From a virus (taxonomy: Duplodnaviria > Caudoviricetes), in the IMG/VR virus record IMGVR_UViG_3300017548_000003, positions 1 through 49,235 of that record: 49,235 nt of DNA; one strand, written 5' to 3'. The position numbers were made by a program, and so were the translations under genes. Below are positions 25,335 through 34,916 of the stretch, one piece after another; the stretch's first letter is position 1, and the number at the start of each line of letters is the position of its first letter. A model generated the notes under the pieces. It saw only the letters and a program-made list of their open reading frames with translations. It did not search any database and was not told the origin of the DNA.

Positions 25335-26689
25335 TACATCGTCCCCAGCGCGGGCCCGTCAGTTCCGGCTTTCTCGATTTCGTCAGCCGGGATCAGGTCC
25401 GGCGCCAGCATGCCGCGGCGCTGCAGTTCGCGGATCGCCGTCTCGCGGCTGATGAGACCCGCCTGCTGCAGCGACAGGATCAGTTGGGCCGACGCGTCGG
25501 TCAGGGTCGCGGCACCGAAGTCCTTGAAGAGGCTGACGTGGCCGCCCTGAGGCTCGCCCACCCAGTCCGCCATGAATTGCAGGCACTGATCCAGGCTGTC
25601 CTCGAATGCCTCGACAATGCGCTGCAGCTCAGACTTGTTCGCCTCGGCGTCATTGTTCGCCTCGGTGGCGGAGCGCTGGCCGGGCTTTTGTACCAGGAGC
25701 TCAGCGCCAGTCTGAATCATCTGGTCTTCCAGATCCTGCAGCGACTCACGGCCGGCAGCAATCGCAGCGCCGCCATGTTCGACGAACTTCAGGTCGCCGC
25801 CCTCGGGAATGCGAACGGCAGATGAAGCGCCGACGGTCAGCTCGAAACCTTCATCACTGGTGATGGCGGCCAGGATCGGCACCCGGGCGACATGCAGGAT
25901 CGTGTCCTGGTCGCTCTGGCTCTGCCAGTGCTTCACGTTCAGGTGCGCCAGATCCAGCAGCGGCGACTCGCCCAGCATGAAGCCGGTCTTCCTGCCGTAG
26001 AACGGCACGAACGGAATCTCCGGCAAAGTCGTGGCGCCGGACTCGACCAGAGCGTAATCGTCCTTCTCGCCCTTCTCCCAGACCTCCCAGGCCCCAGGCC
26101 GCAGCACGCGCACGCGCTCGACGGTCTTGGTGCCGTAATCACCATCCTCTTCTTCGGCGGCTTCCTTGATGCGCAACTGGGTCAGGCGCAACACGCCCTT
26201 CACGCGCTTGGCGCGCCATCCCAGGATCTGGCTGTGATCGACGCGCACCAGATAAGGTCGCGCATTGACCGCCCGCTCATCTGCCAGGGTCCGCACGCCA
26301 TCAGTGCGGGGAAACTCCACCAGCACGCCGGCGATACCGTACCCCAGCACCTCTTCCATCATGCCGGCGGCAAACGTGTGCAGGTTCGTGCCCTGCAGGT
26401 CGCAGTCGTCACACCACTCGCGGATCCGGGCCGGCACATCGTCGCCGTAGGTCAGCGCCTTGGAGAACGGCTTGCCAGCCATGACGCCCAGGGTGCGACC
26501 GAACGCAGGAAACAGCGTGGCCGTGGACAGGCGCGCCTGATAGCTCTCGCCGGACTCGTTGGGCCATTGCGGCAGGCGCGATTTGCCCGCAGCACGCATG
26601 GCACGAGTGCCGCCCAGCAGATCGGCGGCCAGCTTCCAGTCATCGGACAGCGCGTCAATCTGCGGGGATGGGTCGGAGACTTTGAGCAT
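25334..26689 (-). CDS. Portal protein (DUF4055 family)
   Basis: LLGGTRAMRAAG...IPFVPFY...PLLDLAHLNVKHWQSQSD; TAATG overlap with terL fixes the start at 26689. Confidence 0.9.
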   Translation of the reverse strand: MLKVSDPSPQIDALSDDWKLAADLLGGTRAMRAAGKSRLPQWPNESGESYQARLSTATLFPAFGRTLGVMAGKPFSKALTYGDDVPARIREWCDDCDLQGTNLHTFAAGMMEEVLGYGIAGVLVEFPRTDGVRTLADERAVNARPYLVRVDHSQILGWRAKRVKGVLRLTQLRIKEAAEEEDGDYGTKTVERVRVLRPGAWEVWEKGEKDDYALVESGATTLPEIPFVPFYGRKTGFMLGESPLLDLAHLNVKHWQSQSDQDTILHVARVPILAAITSDEGFELTVGASSAVRIPEGGDLKFVEHGGAAIAAGRESLQDLEDQMIQTGAELLVQKPGQRSATEANNDAEANKSELQRIVEAFEDSLDQCLQFMADWVGEPQGGHVSLFKDFGAATLTDASAQLILSLQQAGLISRETAIRELQRRGMLAPDLIPADEIEKAGTDGPALGTM

Positions 26690-27942
26690 TACATTCTCAG
26701 GGGTTTGACGACGGCCGCACCGCGCCGCTTGATGAGTGGCCCCAGCGCATAGCGGCTCGCGTCGATGTAGTGGTTGTTCTTGTCCACGATGTCCGTCAGC
26801 ACATCGCCGGTCAGGCGGTCGACCTTGTAGCTGTACGTCCTCGCCTCGTGAAGCGTCTTCGTGCAGCGCGGATGAATCACGATCTCGCGGTATGACCGCA
26901 GGTGCGCGATGCCGTCCTCGACGCTGCCCTTCCACTTCTCCACGCCGACAATGCGCGGCAGGCACTTGCGTGTGCCACGGCCGTTGCTCTTGACGTGGCT
27001 GATGGTCTCCGGCCGGGCCGAGTCGGCGCGCACCGCGTGGCTCTCGATGCCCGGCAGCCGGGCAATCATGAAGTCCGCGATGTCGTCGTTCTCGAGTCCG
27101 ACCTTGCCGGCCTCGTGCTCGATGTACAGGCGCTGGTCGTGGATCCAGCACTTGACGCCAGCCGTCGGATCCTGGCTGAAGCCCCAGTCAATGCCGAAGT
27201 ACGGACCATCCCAGTCGGCAGCCGGCGTGAACTCGGCCACCCGGTACTTGCCAGACAGGATCTGCGCCTCGCTGTTCTCGCGGTAGGCACCTTCCCAGAT
27301 CCAGGCGTAGGTCTGGTCGTCCAGCAGGTCGCGGTCGTTTCGCCGTTCCTCATCCAGTTCAGGCGGAAACCAGGGGTTGTCCGTATAGTTCAGCTCGACG
27401 ATCCGGCTGTTGGCCGGCGGACTTTTCCGGAACCGCTTGTCGGTCGGGCTGCCGTCCTTTTCCGGATTCCAGGTAACCCAGATCTCGGAGCCAGCCTCGC
27501 GCACGGTCGGGCGCAGTTTGATCCACGCCGTCTCGCTGACGTCCTCGCCCTCGTCGACCCACGCGATCAGGATGCGGGCCTTGGACTTGATGCTGTTCAG
27601 GCCGTGGCGCAGACCGGCAAAGGCGTATGACACCCGCCGATTCTTCGTGCGGATGTACTTCTCGCCGATGTCGAAATAGGCGTCGAGCCAGGGCACGGAC
27701 AGGATCGCCTGCTTGACCTCCTCCATCGAGGAGTCTTCCAGCGAGTTCATGTACTCGCGGCCGCACAGTATCTTGCCCGAGACGCCAGCCTCGGCAAACA
27801 TATATGCCCGCACAGCCGTCATCAGGGCGAAACTGCGCGTCTTGCCGCTGCCGCGCCCACCATGGGCGCCGCGATACCGGGCCGGGCCGCTGAAAACCGG
27901 GATCAGCTTCGGCGGTAGCTCAATCCTCGCTTTGCTGGACAT
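26689..27942 (-). CDS. terL: Terminase large subunit (PBSX-like)
   Basis: Walker A GGRGSGKT, Walker B AWVDEG, nuclease motifs GIDWGFSQDP and NHYIDASRYA. Confidence 0.95.
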   Translation of the reverse strand: MSSKARIELPPKLIPVFSGPARYRGAHGGRGSGKTRSFALMTAVRAYMFAEAGVSGKILCGREYMNSLEDSSMEEVKQAILSVPWLDAYFDIGEKYIRTKNRRVSYAFAGLRHGLNSIKSKARILIAWVDEGEDVSETAWIKLRPTVREAGSEIWVTWNPEKDGSPTDKRFRKSPPANSRIVELNYTDNPWFPPELDEERRNDRDLLDDQTYAWIWEGAYRENSEAQILSGKYRVAEFTPAADWDGPYFGIDWGFSQDPTAGVKCWIHDQRLYIEHEAGKVGLENDDIADFMIARLPGIESHAVRADSARPETISHVKSNGRGTRKCLPRIVGVEKWKGSVEDGIAHLRSYREIVIHPRCTKTLHEARTYSYKVDRLTGDVLTDIVDKNNHYIDASRYALGPLIKRRGAAVVKPLRM

Positions 27943-28381
27943 TGGGGGCCACCAGTTCGATCGTGGTGGGCATGGTCGGGATGGGACCGCCGTTGGGGCC
28001 GCTCACCTCGCGTTTGTTCGTGAACATGCCGCCCTGCTCCTTGGCGGCCTGCTCGAGCACAGCCGCCGCGGCCGCCACGTTGCCTCGCGCCATGTGCCGG
28101 TCGTAGATCTTGCCCAGGGCCCGCAGCCGGAAGGCCTGGTCCGCGATGGGGATCTCGGCCACGGCCTCGCGAAACTTCTTGCGGGTGTCCTCGAACAGAT
28201 CGCGCCACTTTCTCGCCAGCTTGGCGCCGGCCACCTTCGTGGGGTCGTACTGGGCGACCTGCATGCGCGGCACATCGATACCCATCTCTTCCTTCAGGGC
28301 CGCCGATACCTCGCTGGGCGTGTCGTAGCAGGCCAGCGCTTGGACGATAAAGTGCTTATGGTTGTCTTTGAGCTTGGCCAC
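27920..28381 (-). CDS. terS: Terminase small subunit (DUF2280-like)
   Basis: FIVQALACYDTPSEV...LEQAAKE motif, overlapping the terL start. Confidence 0.85.
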   Translation of the reverse strand: MAKLKDNHKHFIVQALACYDTPSEVSAALKEEMGIDVPRMQVAQYDPTKVAGAKLARKWRDLFEDTRKKFREAVAEIPIADQAFRLRALGKIYDRHMARGNVAAAAAVLEQAAKEQGGMFTNKREVSGPNGGPIPTMPTTIELVAPNVQQSED

Positions 28382-28438
28382 GGCAGGACTACCAAATATT
28401 TCCCACAATTGTTACAACAGAAAATTCAAGGAGCGATT

Positions 28439-28669
28439 ATGCCGCCATATGCTCAAGACCTAGCCGATCCCTCATCCTTCGTCACCATCCGGGAGTGCGA
28501 TGAAGCAGAAGAGAGGATCAAAAGTATGATCACACAAGCCCGGCTAAACGGATGGACTCAGCTCGAAAAGGAATGGGAGGAATACCGACTGGCAATAGGC
28601 GAGCGAAGACTTCAGATCGCGACTAGGGGAATAAAATTGAAGCCGACTCAACGCGACAAGAAAATATGA
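28439..28669 (+). CDS. 76-aa opposite-strand moron protein
   Basis: AAGGAG RBS, ATG 28439, AT-rich upstream region; lower GC. Confidence 0.65.
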   Translation: MPPYAQDLADPSSFVTIRECDEAEERIKSMITQARLNGWTQLEKEWEEYRLAIGERRLQIATRGIKLKPTQRDKKI

Positions 28670-28685
28670 CCGGCGCAGGCTCCTA

Positions 28686-29327
28686 TCACGCAGCAGCCTT
28701 CAGGCAGGTGCCGCAAGCGTGTGCGATGCTGGCGCCGGAGACGGTCGGTGGGCGCTTGGCCGCCTCGACCATCTGGGCGACCTGGGTGCTGGCGCCGTAG
28801 CGCCTCACCACGCCGACGAACTCCTCGACGTCGTGGCCGCGCAGGGCCAGCCGGGGCATGCCGTCCTTCGTGAACTTCGGGGAGCCGAACTCATCCTGCT
28901 CTTGGCCCACATGGTACAGCTCGTGTTCGACCAGCGCGCAGAACTCGGTGTCGCTGCACTGGGCACAGTAGTCGGCGGCCAGGGTGATCAAGAATTCCGG
29001 CACGTGCCCGAACCACTCGCGCAGTTGCTGCTCCTGGCGGGCCTTCTGCCAGCCGCCGGCGCGGATCATGACCTGTTCGGCCTGGCCAACTACCGTGCGG
29101 CCGCGCTTAGTGAATGCTGACGACGCCCACAGGAAGCCGATGTCGGCGTCCAGCAGGTGGGCGTGGTCTAGATTGTGGATCAGGCCGTCTTCGGCCAGGA
29201 CGGCTGCCTGTACCCAGGCGGCGAGATCAGGCGCGGGCACCAAGCGAACGCCTGACAGATCATCTAACAGTGAAGTAGTGGGCGGGATTGGGCGCCGAAA
29301 AGTCGATTTGAATAGCTCGCGGCCCAT
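28686..29327 (-). CDS. Putative phage metallopeptidase
   Basis: HELYH zinc motif and GHDVEEF; AGGAG RBS before ATG 29327. Confidence 0.85.
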   Translation of the reverse strand: MGRELFKSTFRRPIPPTTSLLDDLSGVRLVPAPDLAAWVQAAVLAEDGLIHNLDHAHLLDADIGFLWASSAFTKRGRTVVGQAEQVMIRAGGWQKARQEQQLREWFGHVPEFLITLAADYCAQCSDTEFCALVEHELYHVGQEQDEFGSPKFTKDGMPRLALRGHDVEEFVGVVRRYGASTQVAQMVEAAKRPPTVSGASIAHACGTCLKAAA

Positions 29328-29402
29328 CTTCCGGCTCCTGTTGATGCTCGATGAATACATTGATATCATAATGACATCAAAAACATCATATGCGAGGCAA
29401 TC

Positions 29403-29885
29403 GTGATTTCCCTGAGACTCCCCCATGAACTTGAGCGCCAGATTGACTACCTGTCCATGATGTCTGGCGCCCCGAAGAACACCATCCTGACCGCTGCCAT
29501 TGCGCAGTATCTGAAATCGGCCAGCCTCAGCGCGGTCCCCTTGGAGAAGGAGATCACCGAACAGGCGATGAACATCTATTTGTTCAATAGAGATAATCAG
29601 GACGCAGAGTATGAAAACGCCCATAAAATCGGGGATTGGATCCAGCGCAATTCGATCTGGACTAAAAACCCATCAAAGGCGACTGCTTCGATCACGCCAG
29701 GGATTTATGGCCGCAACGTCGTAGTTGGATTCACTGAGACCGACGACAGGAAAATTGCGGTTATCAGCCGCAATGTATCCAGTCAGTCATATGGCACGGC
29801 AGGCTACTTTCTGTATGTGACGTCGCTAGATGATTGGATGGAGTATATGGTGGAAATCCCTCTGGCTACCCGCCAACAGCGCTAG
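29403..29885 (+). CDS. RHH-domain protein with unknown C-terminal domain (moron)
   Basis: ISLRLPHELERQIDYLSMMSGAPKNTILTAAIAQYL CopG-like RHH; opposite strand, lower GC. Confidence 0.75.
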   Translation: MISLRLPHELERQIDYLSMMSGAPKNTILTAAIAQYLKSASLSAVPLEKEITEQAMNIYLFNRDNQDAEYENAHKIGDWIQRNSIWTKNPSKATASITPGIYGRNVVVGFTETDDRKIAVISRNVSSQSYGTAGYFLYVTSLDDWMEYMVEIPLATRQQR

Positions 29886-30212
29886 ACCATAAACCCCGGT
29901 TTTGGAGATGCTTTCCCTTGGAAAATAAAGCCGCGCCCCACTCAGCATTCACCAAGCGGGGCGCGAAAGATCCCAGGTAGCGGGATCGGAGGAGACAAGG
30001 TGTGGGGCTGCACAGCGACCCACGCCAATTTAGGCGGCCAGGGTATCGCCTACATCGCAGCGGCGCAGGTCAGAGCCAGCATGTGCCGGAACCTTCCGGC
30101 TGTCGCCCCAGGCCTGGTCGCACGGCGACTTGGATGTCTGGACGGTGCTGCTGGTTGATGGCTGCGGCTTCTCCCACACGCATGGCGACTGACTCAATCA
30201 TCATGCGTGTGG

Positions 30213-30248
30213 AAAAACAAAACCCGCCGATCTCTCGAAGGGCGGGTT
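30213..30248 (-). terminator. Late-leader terminator (tR'-like)
   Basis: Minus-strand AACCCGCC-loop-GGCGGGTT-TTGTTTTT. Confidence 0.7.
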
Positions 30249-30256
30249 GCGTTTCT

Positions 30257-30550
30257 TCAGGGCGTAAGAGCCCTGCACGTATGATACGGTTCTTGATGCG
30301 GTTTTGCACAACTTGATGTTACGGTTTTCCACCAGTATTCAGCATTCGCCCCGTTGCGAGTATTGCCGCGCGTGCTTTCGATCTGGCCGGACTCCTCCAA
30401 CTGCCGCAAAACCCGGTGAACCCCGATCCTGATCGAGGCGCGCTGCCTAGGGCCGGCGGTAGGCGCCACGTGGCTCACGATGTGGCGAACGTTGAATCTG
30501 ACGCCCGGCAGCGCCCCCATCAGCCCGATCACCTCATGCGCATACTTCAC
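30257..30550 (-). CDS. Winged-helix-like hypothetical protein
   Basis: KYAHEVIGLMGALPG...VHRVLRQLEESGQI; start moved to GTG 30550. Confidence 0.6.
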   Translation of the reverse strand: MKYAHEVIGLMGALPGVRFNVRHIVSHVAPTAGPRQRASIRIGVHRVLRQLEESGQIESTRGNTRNGANAEYWWKTVTSSCAKPHQEPYHTCRALTP

Positions 30551-30989
30551 ACTCAAACTCCTTGAAAACCTCGATCTTGAATTCATCCAGGCAGGCCGCG
30601 TACTGATCCCTGGTGATCTTCAGGTCGATCCGGGCGCGCTGCCGGCGGTTGTTGCCGACGCGGGTCCACACCGGCCGCATCTGCCCCTCGTGCATCTCGA
30701 CACCGCGCTCGTACTGGTCGAATGCGGAGCGCTGGGTGTATTCGTAGCGCAGTACGCAGCGCGTGAGGGTCGGCAGTCGGTCGAAAATTGCCTGGACGCG
30801 CTCGGCCCGCTCGGCATTGAAGATGATCTTGGGCGGCACGTCGTCAGATTCAGACTCCCAATCAGGCGCTTGCCAGCCGCGTTCAGCCGAATAGCAGCGG
30901 CTCGGCTCCCTGGGTTCCGGCGATTCTCCAGCCCAGCACCAGGCGATCCAGTTCTCGATCTCGGCTCGGACGAAAGTTGGGTATTCCAT
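30534..30989 (-). CDS. Putative late antiterminator / Q-like regulator
   Basis: IENWIAWC N-terminus, VQAIFDRLPTLTRCVLRYEY and C-terminal HTH; position at the end of the early operon. Confidence 0.55.
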   Translation of the reverse strand: MEYPTFVRAEIENWIAWCWAGESPEPREPSRCYSAERGWQAPDWESESDDVPPKIIFNAERAERVQAIFDRLPTLTRCVLRYEYTQRSAFDQYERGVEMHEGQMRPVWTRVGNNRRQRARIDLKITRDQYAACLDEFKIEVFKEFECEVCA

Positions 30990-31339
30990 CAGCGCCTCCA
31001 TACGGGTGAATTCTCGTTCCCATTCCCCGCCCTGCCAGCGGTCGCCTGCATCTTGGGTTCCGCCAGCGCGGCGCGGTCCAGGTTGTGACGCATCATGGAC
31101 AAAGGCTTGATCGTCAGCGGCCTGAATTTCGGCGGCTCTCTGCGGGCCGCCACCGGCAGGGAATCCAGCCAGGCGCGGATGAATTCGGTTTGATCGCCCA
31201 CACATGCGCGGCCGGTCTCGACCTCAATGGCGTAGACCAGGGCGTCGATCTTCTGCAGCGACCCCTTGTGGCCGGCCTTACGCAGCGCTTCTCGGGCCCG
31301 TTGGTGGGTGTGGGATTTTCGGTGGAGATAGTCGGCCAT
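30989..31339 (-). CDS. Hypothetical nin-region protein
   Basis: 116-aa ORF with TGATG coupling on both sides. Confidence 0.65.
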   Translation of the reverse strand: MADYLHRKSHTHQRAREALRKAGHKGSLQKIDALVYAIEVETGRACVGDQTEFIRAWLDSLPVAARREPPKFRPLTIKPLSMMRHNLDRAALAEPKMQATAGRAGNGNENSPVWRR

Positions 31340-31761
31340 CAGAATTCCTCCACGTCCCAGCCGCCGCCGTTCTTTTTGGCGCGGACCTTCACGGCAATGA
31401 AACGCATCGGGTACTGATCGGCTGCGACCTTGATCTTCACGCGGGCATCGTCCTGCCAGAAACCCTTAACCTCGTGACATTCAAGCGTGCCGTCAGCTAA
31501 TAGCACGGAAAAATCCGGGCTGTAGAAAGTGTTGTCGGCCAGGCGCAGCTTCACACCCTCGAAGCGATACCAGAGGATCTCGCCGGCCGCCCTGCGGATC
31601 TCCAGGTGCTGGGCGTAGGCCGCCTCGGTTTTGTTCATCTGGCCGGTCTTCAGGCGCCCCAGGGCCTGCATCTTGCGTATCGCACCGGTATTGCTTCTCG
31701 CCTGTCGATCTCGCGGAAACGCGAGATCCTCCAGGCTCATGGGATGGTCATGAAAAGTCAT
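31339..31761 (-). CDS. DUF1064-like PD-(D/E)XK endonuclease (resolvase-like)
   Basis: MNKTEAAY...YSPDFSV...HEVKGFW. Confidence 0.8.
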   Translation of the reverse strand: MTFHDHPMSLEDLAFPRDRQARSNTGAIRKMQALGRLKTGQMNKTEAAYAQHLEIRRAAGEILWYRFEGVKLRLADNTFYSPDFSVLLADGTLECHEVKGFWQDDARVKIKVAADQYPMRFIAVKVRAKKNGGGWDVEEF

Positions 31762-31940
31762 GGGGCTTCCTTCTTCAATCTGAATTGCCGCTTCACTTCG
31801 GCCTCAAGGTATTTCTGTGCTTCCAGGCCGCGTTTTTTGCCGATGCTGTCGAGCCAGGGCTTGCGCTGGGCGTAGAGCATGGACAGGACGTAGCGCGCCT
31901 CGCACTCGCGGCGGCGCTGTTCGATGGCGTCAGGCGTCAT
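31758..31940 (-). CDS. Small conserved phage protein
   Basis: EQRRRECEARYVLSM...KKRG pattern; coupled to neighbours. Confidence 0.65.
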   Translation of the reverse strand: MTPDAIEQRRRECEARYVLSMLYAQRKPWLDSIGKKRGLEAQKYLEAEVKRQFRLKKEAP

Positions 31941-32883
31941 AGCCCCGATTCCGCATGAAATCCAACGGCAGCCGACGAAAGTCCGGCGTGTACTGGAGGC
32001 TGGGCGCGTGATACCAGAGGGCTATGGTTCCCTCCCATTCCCCGTGCCGGTTCTTGTCGCAGATCAGGAGACAGTCGGGCGTTTTTTCCAGGTCTTCCGG
32101 GATCGAGCCTCCCGGCACCTTCAAGGCCCGGTCCACCTCTTTTTCCTTTTTCTTGTTGCGCCAGATGGTCAGCATCTGATCAACTTGATCGACAATGGCC
32201 CCCGATCCCTTCGCGTCGAATTTCCCAGGCTTTTGGTCTTCGTTCTCGCGCTTGCGGGCGTGGTGAACGAGATGGATATGGATGTTGCAGTCCTGAGCCA
32301 GCCGGCACAGCAGTTCAACGAAGTCCTTCTGGCCGTTGTAGTCGTCCTCGCCGGCCACGCAGCGCATGAGACTGTCGATCACAAAATGGTCGATTTTCAG
32401 TCGTTCCGCGCAATACCGGATGACAGCGGCCAGGGCCCTGGGCTCAGCCCGGCCGAGTTGGTCGTAGATCCAGACCTTCCCAGCCAGCCATGACATCATC
32501 TGTCTGGCTGCCGTTTCCCCGGGCTGATCGTTCATCGAAACCTGACGAAGCATGCGCTTCAGAGTCGATACGGGGCGCATTTCGAACGACGCGATGCAGG
32601 ACTTCTGGCCCTGCGCAGTGAACCCGAGAATGGCCTGCCCCAGAATCTGGCTTTTGCCATGCCCGTTGATGCCTTGCCACAGCGTCACTTCGCCCGGCCG
32701 AAAGCGGATTCTGTCGTGTGTTTTCGACCACGGCAGGCGGGCCCCAGTGATGTGTTCCGGCTGGTTCACAGACCGCACCAAGGCGGCCTCCCAGGACTCG
32801 GCTGGCAACACCTTAACGGACGGCTCTGATTCCGCCATGTAGGCGGAAAAGTCCGTGTTATCAGGGGTGATGATGAGGGTCAT
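31930..32883 (-). CDS. DnaB-like (SF4) replicative helicase domain protein
   Basis: Walker A GINGHGKS, SFEM, FVIDSL, IHLVHH, KNRHG motifs; start moved to MTLII. Confidence 0.9.
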   Translation of the reverse strand: MTLIITPDNTDFSAYMAESEPSVKVLPAESWEAALVRSVNQPEHITGARLPWSKTHDRIRFRPGEVTLWQGINGHGKSQILGQAILGFTAQGQKSCIASFEMRPVSTLKRMLRQVSMNDQPGETAARQMMSWLAGKVWIYDQLGRAEPRALAAVIRYCAERLKIDHFVIDSLMRCVAGEDDYNGQKDFVELLCRLAQDCNIHIHLVHHARKRENEDQKPGKFDAKGSGAIVDQVDQMLTIWRNKKKEKEVDRALKVPGGSIPEDLEKTPDCLLICDKNRHGEWEGTIALWYHAPSLQYTPDFRRLPLDFMRNRGYDA

Positions 32884-33227
32884 AGATCGAAAAATCCTTT
32901 GTTCGGTTTCCAGGCTCGCAGGCCCCAATCGCCTCCCGCAATGGCCTTGGCCGGCTCAAACTCGGCAATGCGCTCCAGCGCGGCGACAGTTCGGTCTCGG
33001 CTATTGCCGGCGATATGCACCACAACTCCCCGCAGGCAACGGAGATCCACCGTGGCCGGGTTGTCGTCAGGCAGGATCACAATGTCCGGCGCCCCGCCCA
33101 TTTCCATAGCTTTGTCCGGATGGGTGAACGACCCCCACGCAGGACGAGCTTCCAAGACCGTGACGAAGGCGCTTTTCGGCATGTAGCCAGCCAGGCGCAT
33201 TTCGATGAGCGGGCGGTGGCCGGTCAT
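32880..33227 (-). CDS. Hypothetical protein between initiator and helicase
   Basis: MTGHRPLIEMRLAGY...DLRCLRGVVVHI; ATGA coupling. Confidence 0.65.
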   Translation of the reverse strand: MTGHRPLIEMRLAGYMPKSAFVTVLEARPAWGSFTHPDKAMEMGGAPDIVILPDDNPATVDLRCLRGVVVHIAGNSRDRTVAALERIAEFEPAKAIAGGDWGLRAWKPNKGFFDL

Positions 33228-33991
33228 ACGTCGTACTCCAACCCGCAGCTCGCAGACCCGTTTTGCAAACGGCCAAGGTACTGCTCGCACTTGGTGCGGT
33301 TGAACAGGGTTGCAGGACGTAGGTAATCCGTCATCTTTGGGTCATCCAGCCACTGCGCCGTTTTCACGTCGATGACGGTTTTCAGGGCCTCCAGGGATGC
33401 GCCCTCCTTGAGCCGGGCCTTGATCAGGTCGAGGTTTGCAGGGTTTGGGCGATAGCTTCTGCCTGCCTTCTGGTTCAGGTAGGCCAGGACCTCCTTGGCC
33501 TGGGAGAGTGTTTGGTCGGCAGGTTTGGGCGGTGTCTCGTCGGGCTTGCCCGACAATGTCTTTTCTCCGTCTTCGACTCCGACTAAAGCGGTTTTTCCCG
33601 GTGATCCACCGTGGTTCACCGTGGAATCCTGGTTTTCATCAGAAATTGGCGGTGGATTATTGGTGTTTTCCGGGGGTGCCGGGAACTTCGACTTGCTCTG
33701 AATACGCTGTCCAAAGTCCTGCATTTCCAAGTACGCCTTGCCTGCGACCGTGTAGAGAACGATCAGTCCGGCACCTTCAGCCTCGGCAAGGTGCTTTTTG
33801 ATCGAGTCTTCTTTCACGCTATCCAGTTTCAGCGGGTAGCAGGACGCCCTGAGCAGCGTCAGATTGGCCGAAAATCTCCCGTAGTCATCCACCACCGACA
33901 TGAGCCGGCGGTAGAAGAGTTCGGCATGTGGCGACAGGGCGTTGACCCTCTCGCTCGTCAGAATTCCGTCACGGATGACGCGCGTCGGCAT
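33224..33991 (-). CDS. Replication initiator with conserved phage C-terminal domain
   Basis: MPTRVIRDGILTSE...VDDYGRF N-terminus; VLAYLNQKAG...YLRPATLF C-terminal domain. Confidence 0.85.
   Translation of the reverse strand: MPTRVIRDGILTSERVNALSPHAELFYRRLMSVVDDYGRFSANLTLLRASCYPLKLDSVKEDSIKKHLAEAEGAGLIVLYTVAGKAYLEMQDFGQRIQSKSKFPAPPENTNNPPPISDENQDSTVNHGGSPGKTALVGVEDGEKTLSGKPDETPPKPADQTLSQAKEVLAYLNQKAGRSYRPNPANLDLIKARLKEGASLEALKTVIDVKTAQWLDDPKMTDYLRPATLFNRTKCEQYLGRLQNGSASCGLEYDV
33595..33670. other. Candidate replication origin (iteron-like repeats inside the initiator gene)
   Basis: Tandem CCACCGTGG/TCACCGTGG repeats next to an AT-richer stretch in the initiator's linker-coding region. Confidence 0.4.
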
Positions 33992-34494
33992 TACGCGGTC
34001 TCCGAGTGAGCCGCACGGGCAAGGGGCTGGATGGTCTGGAGGTATTCCAGTTCATCGGCCGTGGACCATGCGTTGTGCGCAATACGTTCCGCACGGCCGG
34101 CATCCAGCACTTCCCAGGCTTCGCGCAGCAGATCCAACTCTGTGACGCCGTAGGCGCGCTCGAATGCGCGGCGCCCCAGGCCGTGATAGCCCGTACTGCC
34201 GCGATGATGTTCCGGGCAAAGCGGAATGACCGTCTGATTGTCATTGCGCTGCCCTGCTCCCATGCCGGCCCGCAGGTGATGAATTTCTGCCGGGGTGCCG
34301 GGATACCCAAGGCGACGACAAAGAATGCAGCCTTGGGCCGCTATGGCGTCCAGAAATCTATGTTCAGTAGCAGTTGGACCGTGCGACTTCGCGCTGCGCC
34401 TCATGCGGCCACGCGCCATCGGCTTACCCGCCTTCATCGGCGTCTTGCGCTGCATCGGCTTGGCCGGCTTGGTGAATGTCGAATTCCAGGTCAT
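33991..34494 (-). CDS. Ref-family recombination enhancement (HNH) nuclease
   Basis: GCILC...PAEIHH...VIPLCPEHHRG. Confidence 0.85.
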   Translation of the reverse strand: MTWNSTFTKPAKPMQRKTPMKAGKPMARGRMRRSAKSHGPTATEHRFLDAIAAQGCILCRRLGYPGTPAEIHHLRAGMGAGQRNDNQTVIPLCPEHHRGSTGYHGLGRRAFERAYGVTELDLLREAWEVLDAGRAERIAHNAWSTADELEYLQTIQPLARAAHSETA

Positions 34495-34916
34495 GCTGCA
34501 ACCTCATGCCCGTAGCGGATCCGCGCCTCGTGGGTATCGACGCCGTTTTCCGCGCACCAGGCCAGCACGTATTCAATGAGGCTGGTCATTCTGGCCACAG
34601 ACATGCGGGCAGACGACTCGCGGATGTTGACGTACTCGTTCTCAAGTCCGGGCACCATGTCGGCGCCCAGGCCGGTGGCGATGGCGTGGCCGCTGATGAA
34701 AAGCACCTTCCACTGATCCAGAGTCAGCCTCCGGCCGCCCCAGGTCGCTTTCTTCGCCACCTCGCCGAAAAGCGCATGCAGGAGCGCGTTCTGATCCGTG
34801 CTGCGTGTGCGCGGGCCGATCTTCACCATGAAGCCATCAGGCGCAGCCATGACGGCTTGCGCGGCATTGCGCCGGGCCACGACGTGCGAGAGCTGGAAGA
34901 TTTGGTTCTCCATCAC
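34491..34916 (-). CDS. ninB: NinB-family recombination protein
   Basis: TRSTDQNALLHA...WKVLF...SSARMSV...LIEY motif. Confidence 0.85.
   Translation of the reverse strand: MMENQIFQLSHVVARRNAAQAVMAAPDGFMVKIGPRTRSTDQNALLHALFGEVAKKATWGGRRLTLDQWKVLFISGHAIATGLGADMVPGLENEYVNIRESSARMSVARMTSLIEYVLAWCAENGVDTHEARIRYGHEVAA

Noticed and set aside
26690-27151. N-terminal extension making the portal 605 aa
   Set aside because: Lies inside terL in another frame; the TAATG overlap at 26689 gives the natural start
29890-30170. Possible phage tRNA in the late leader
   Set aside because: Hairpins are present but no cloverleaf or T-loop consensus on either strand
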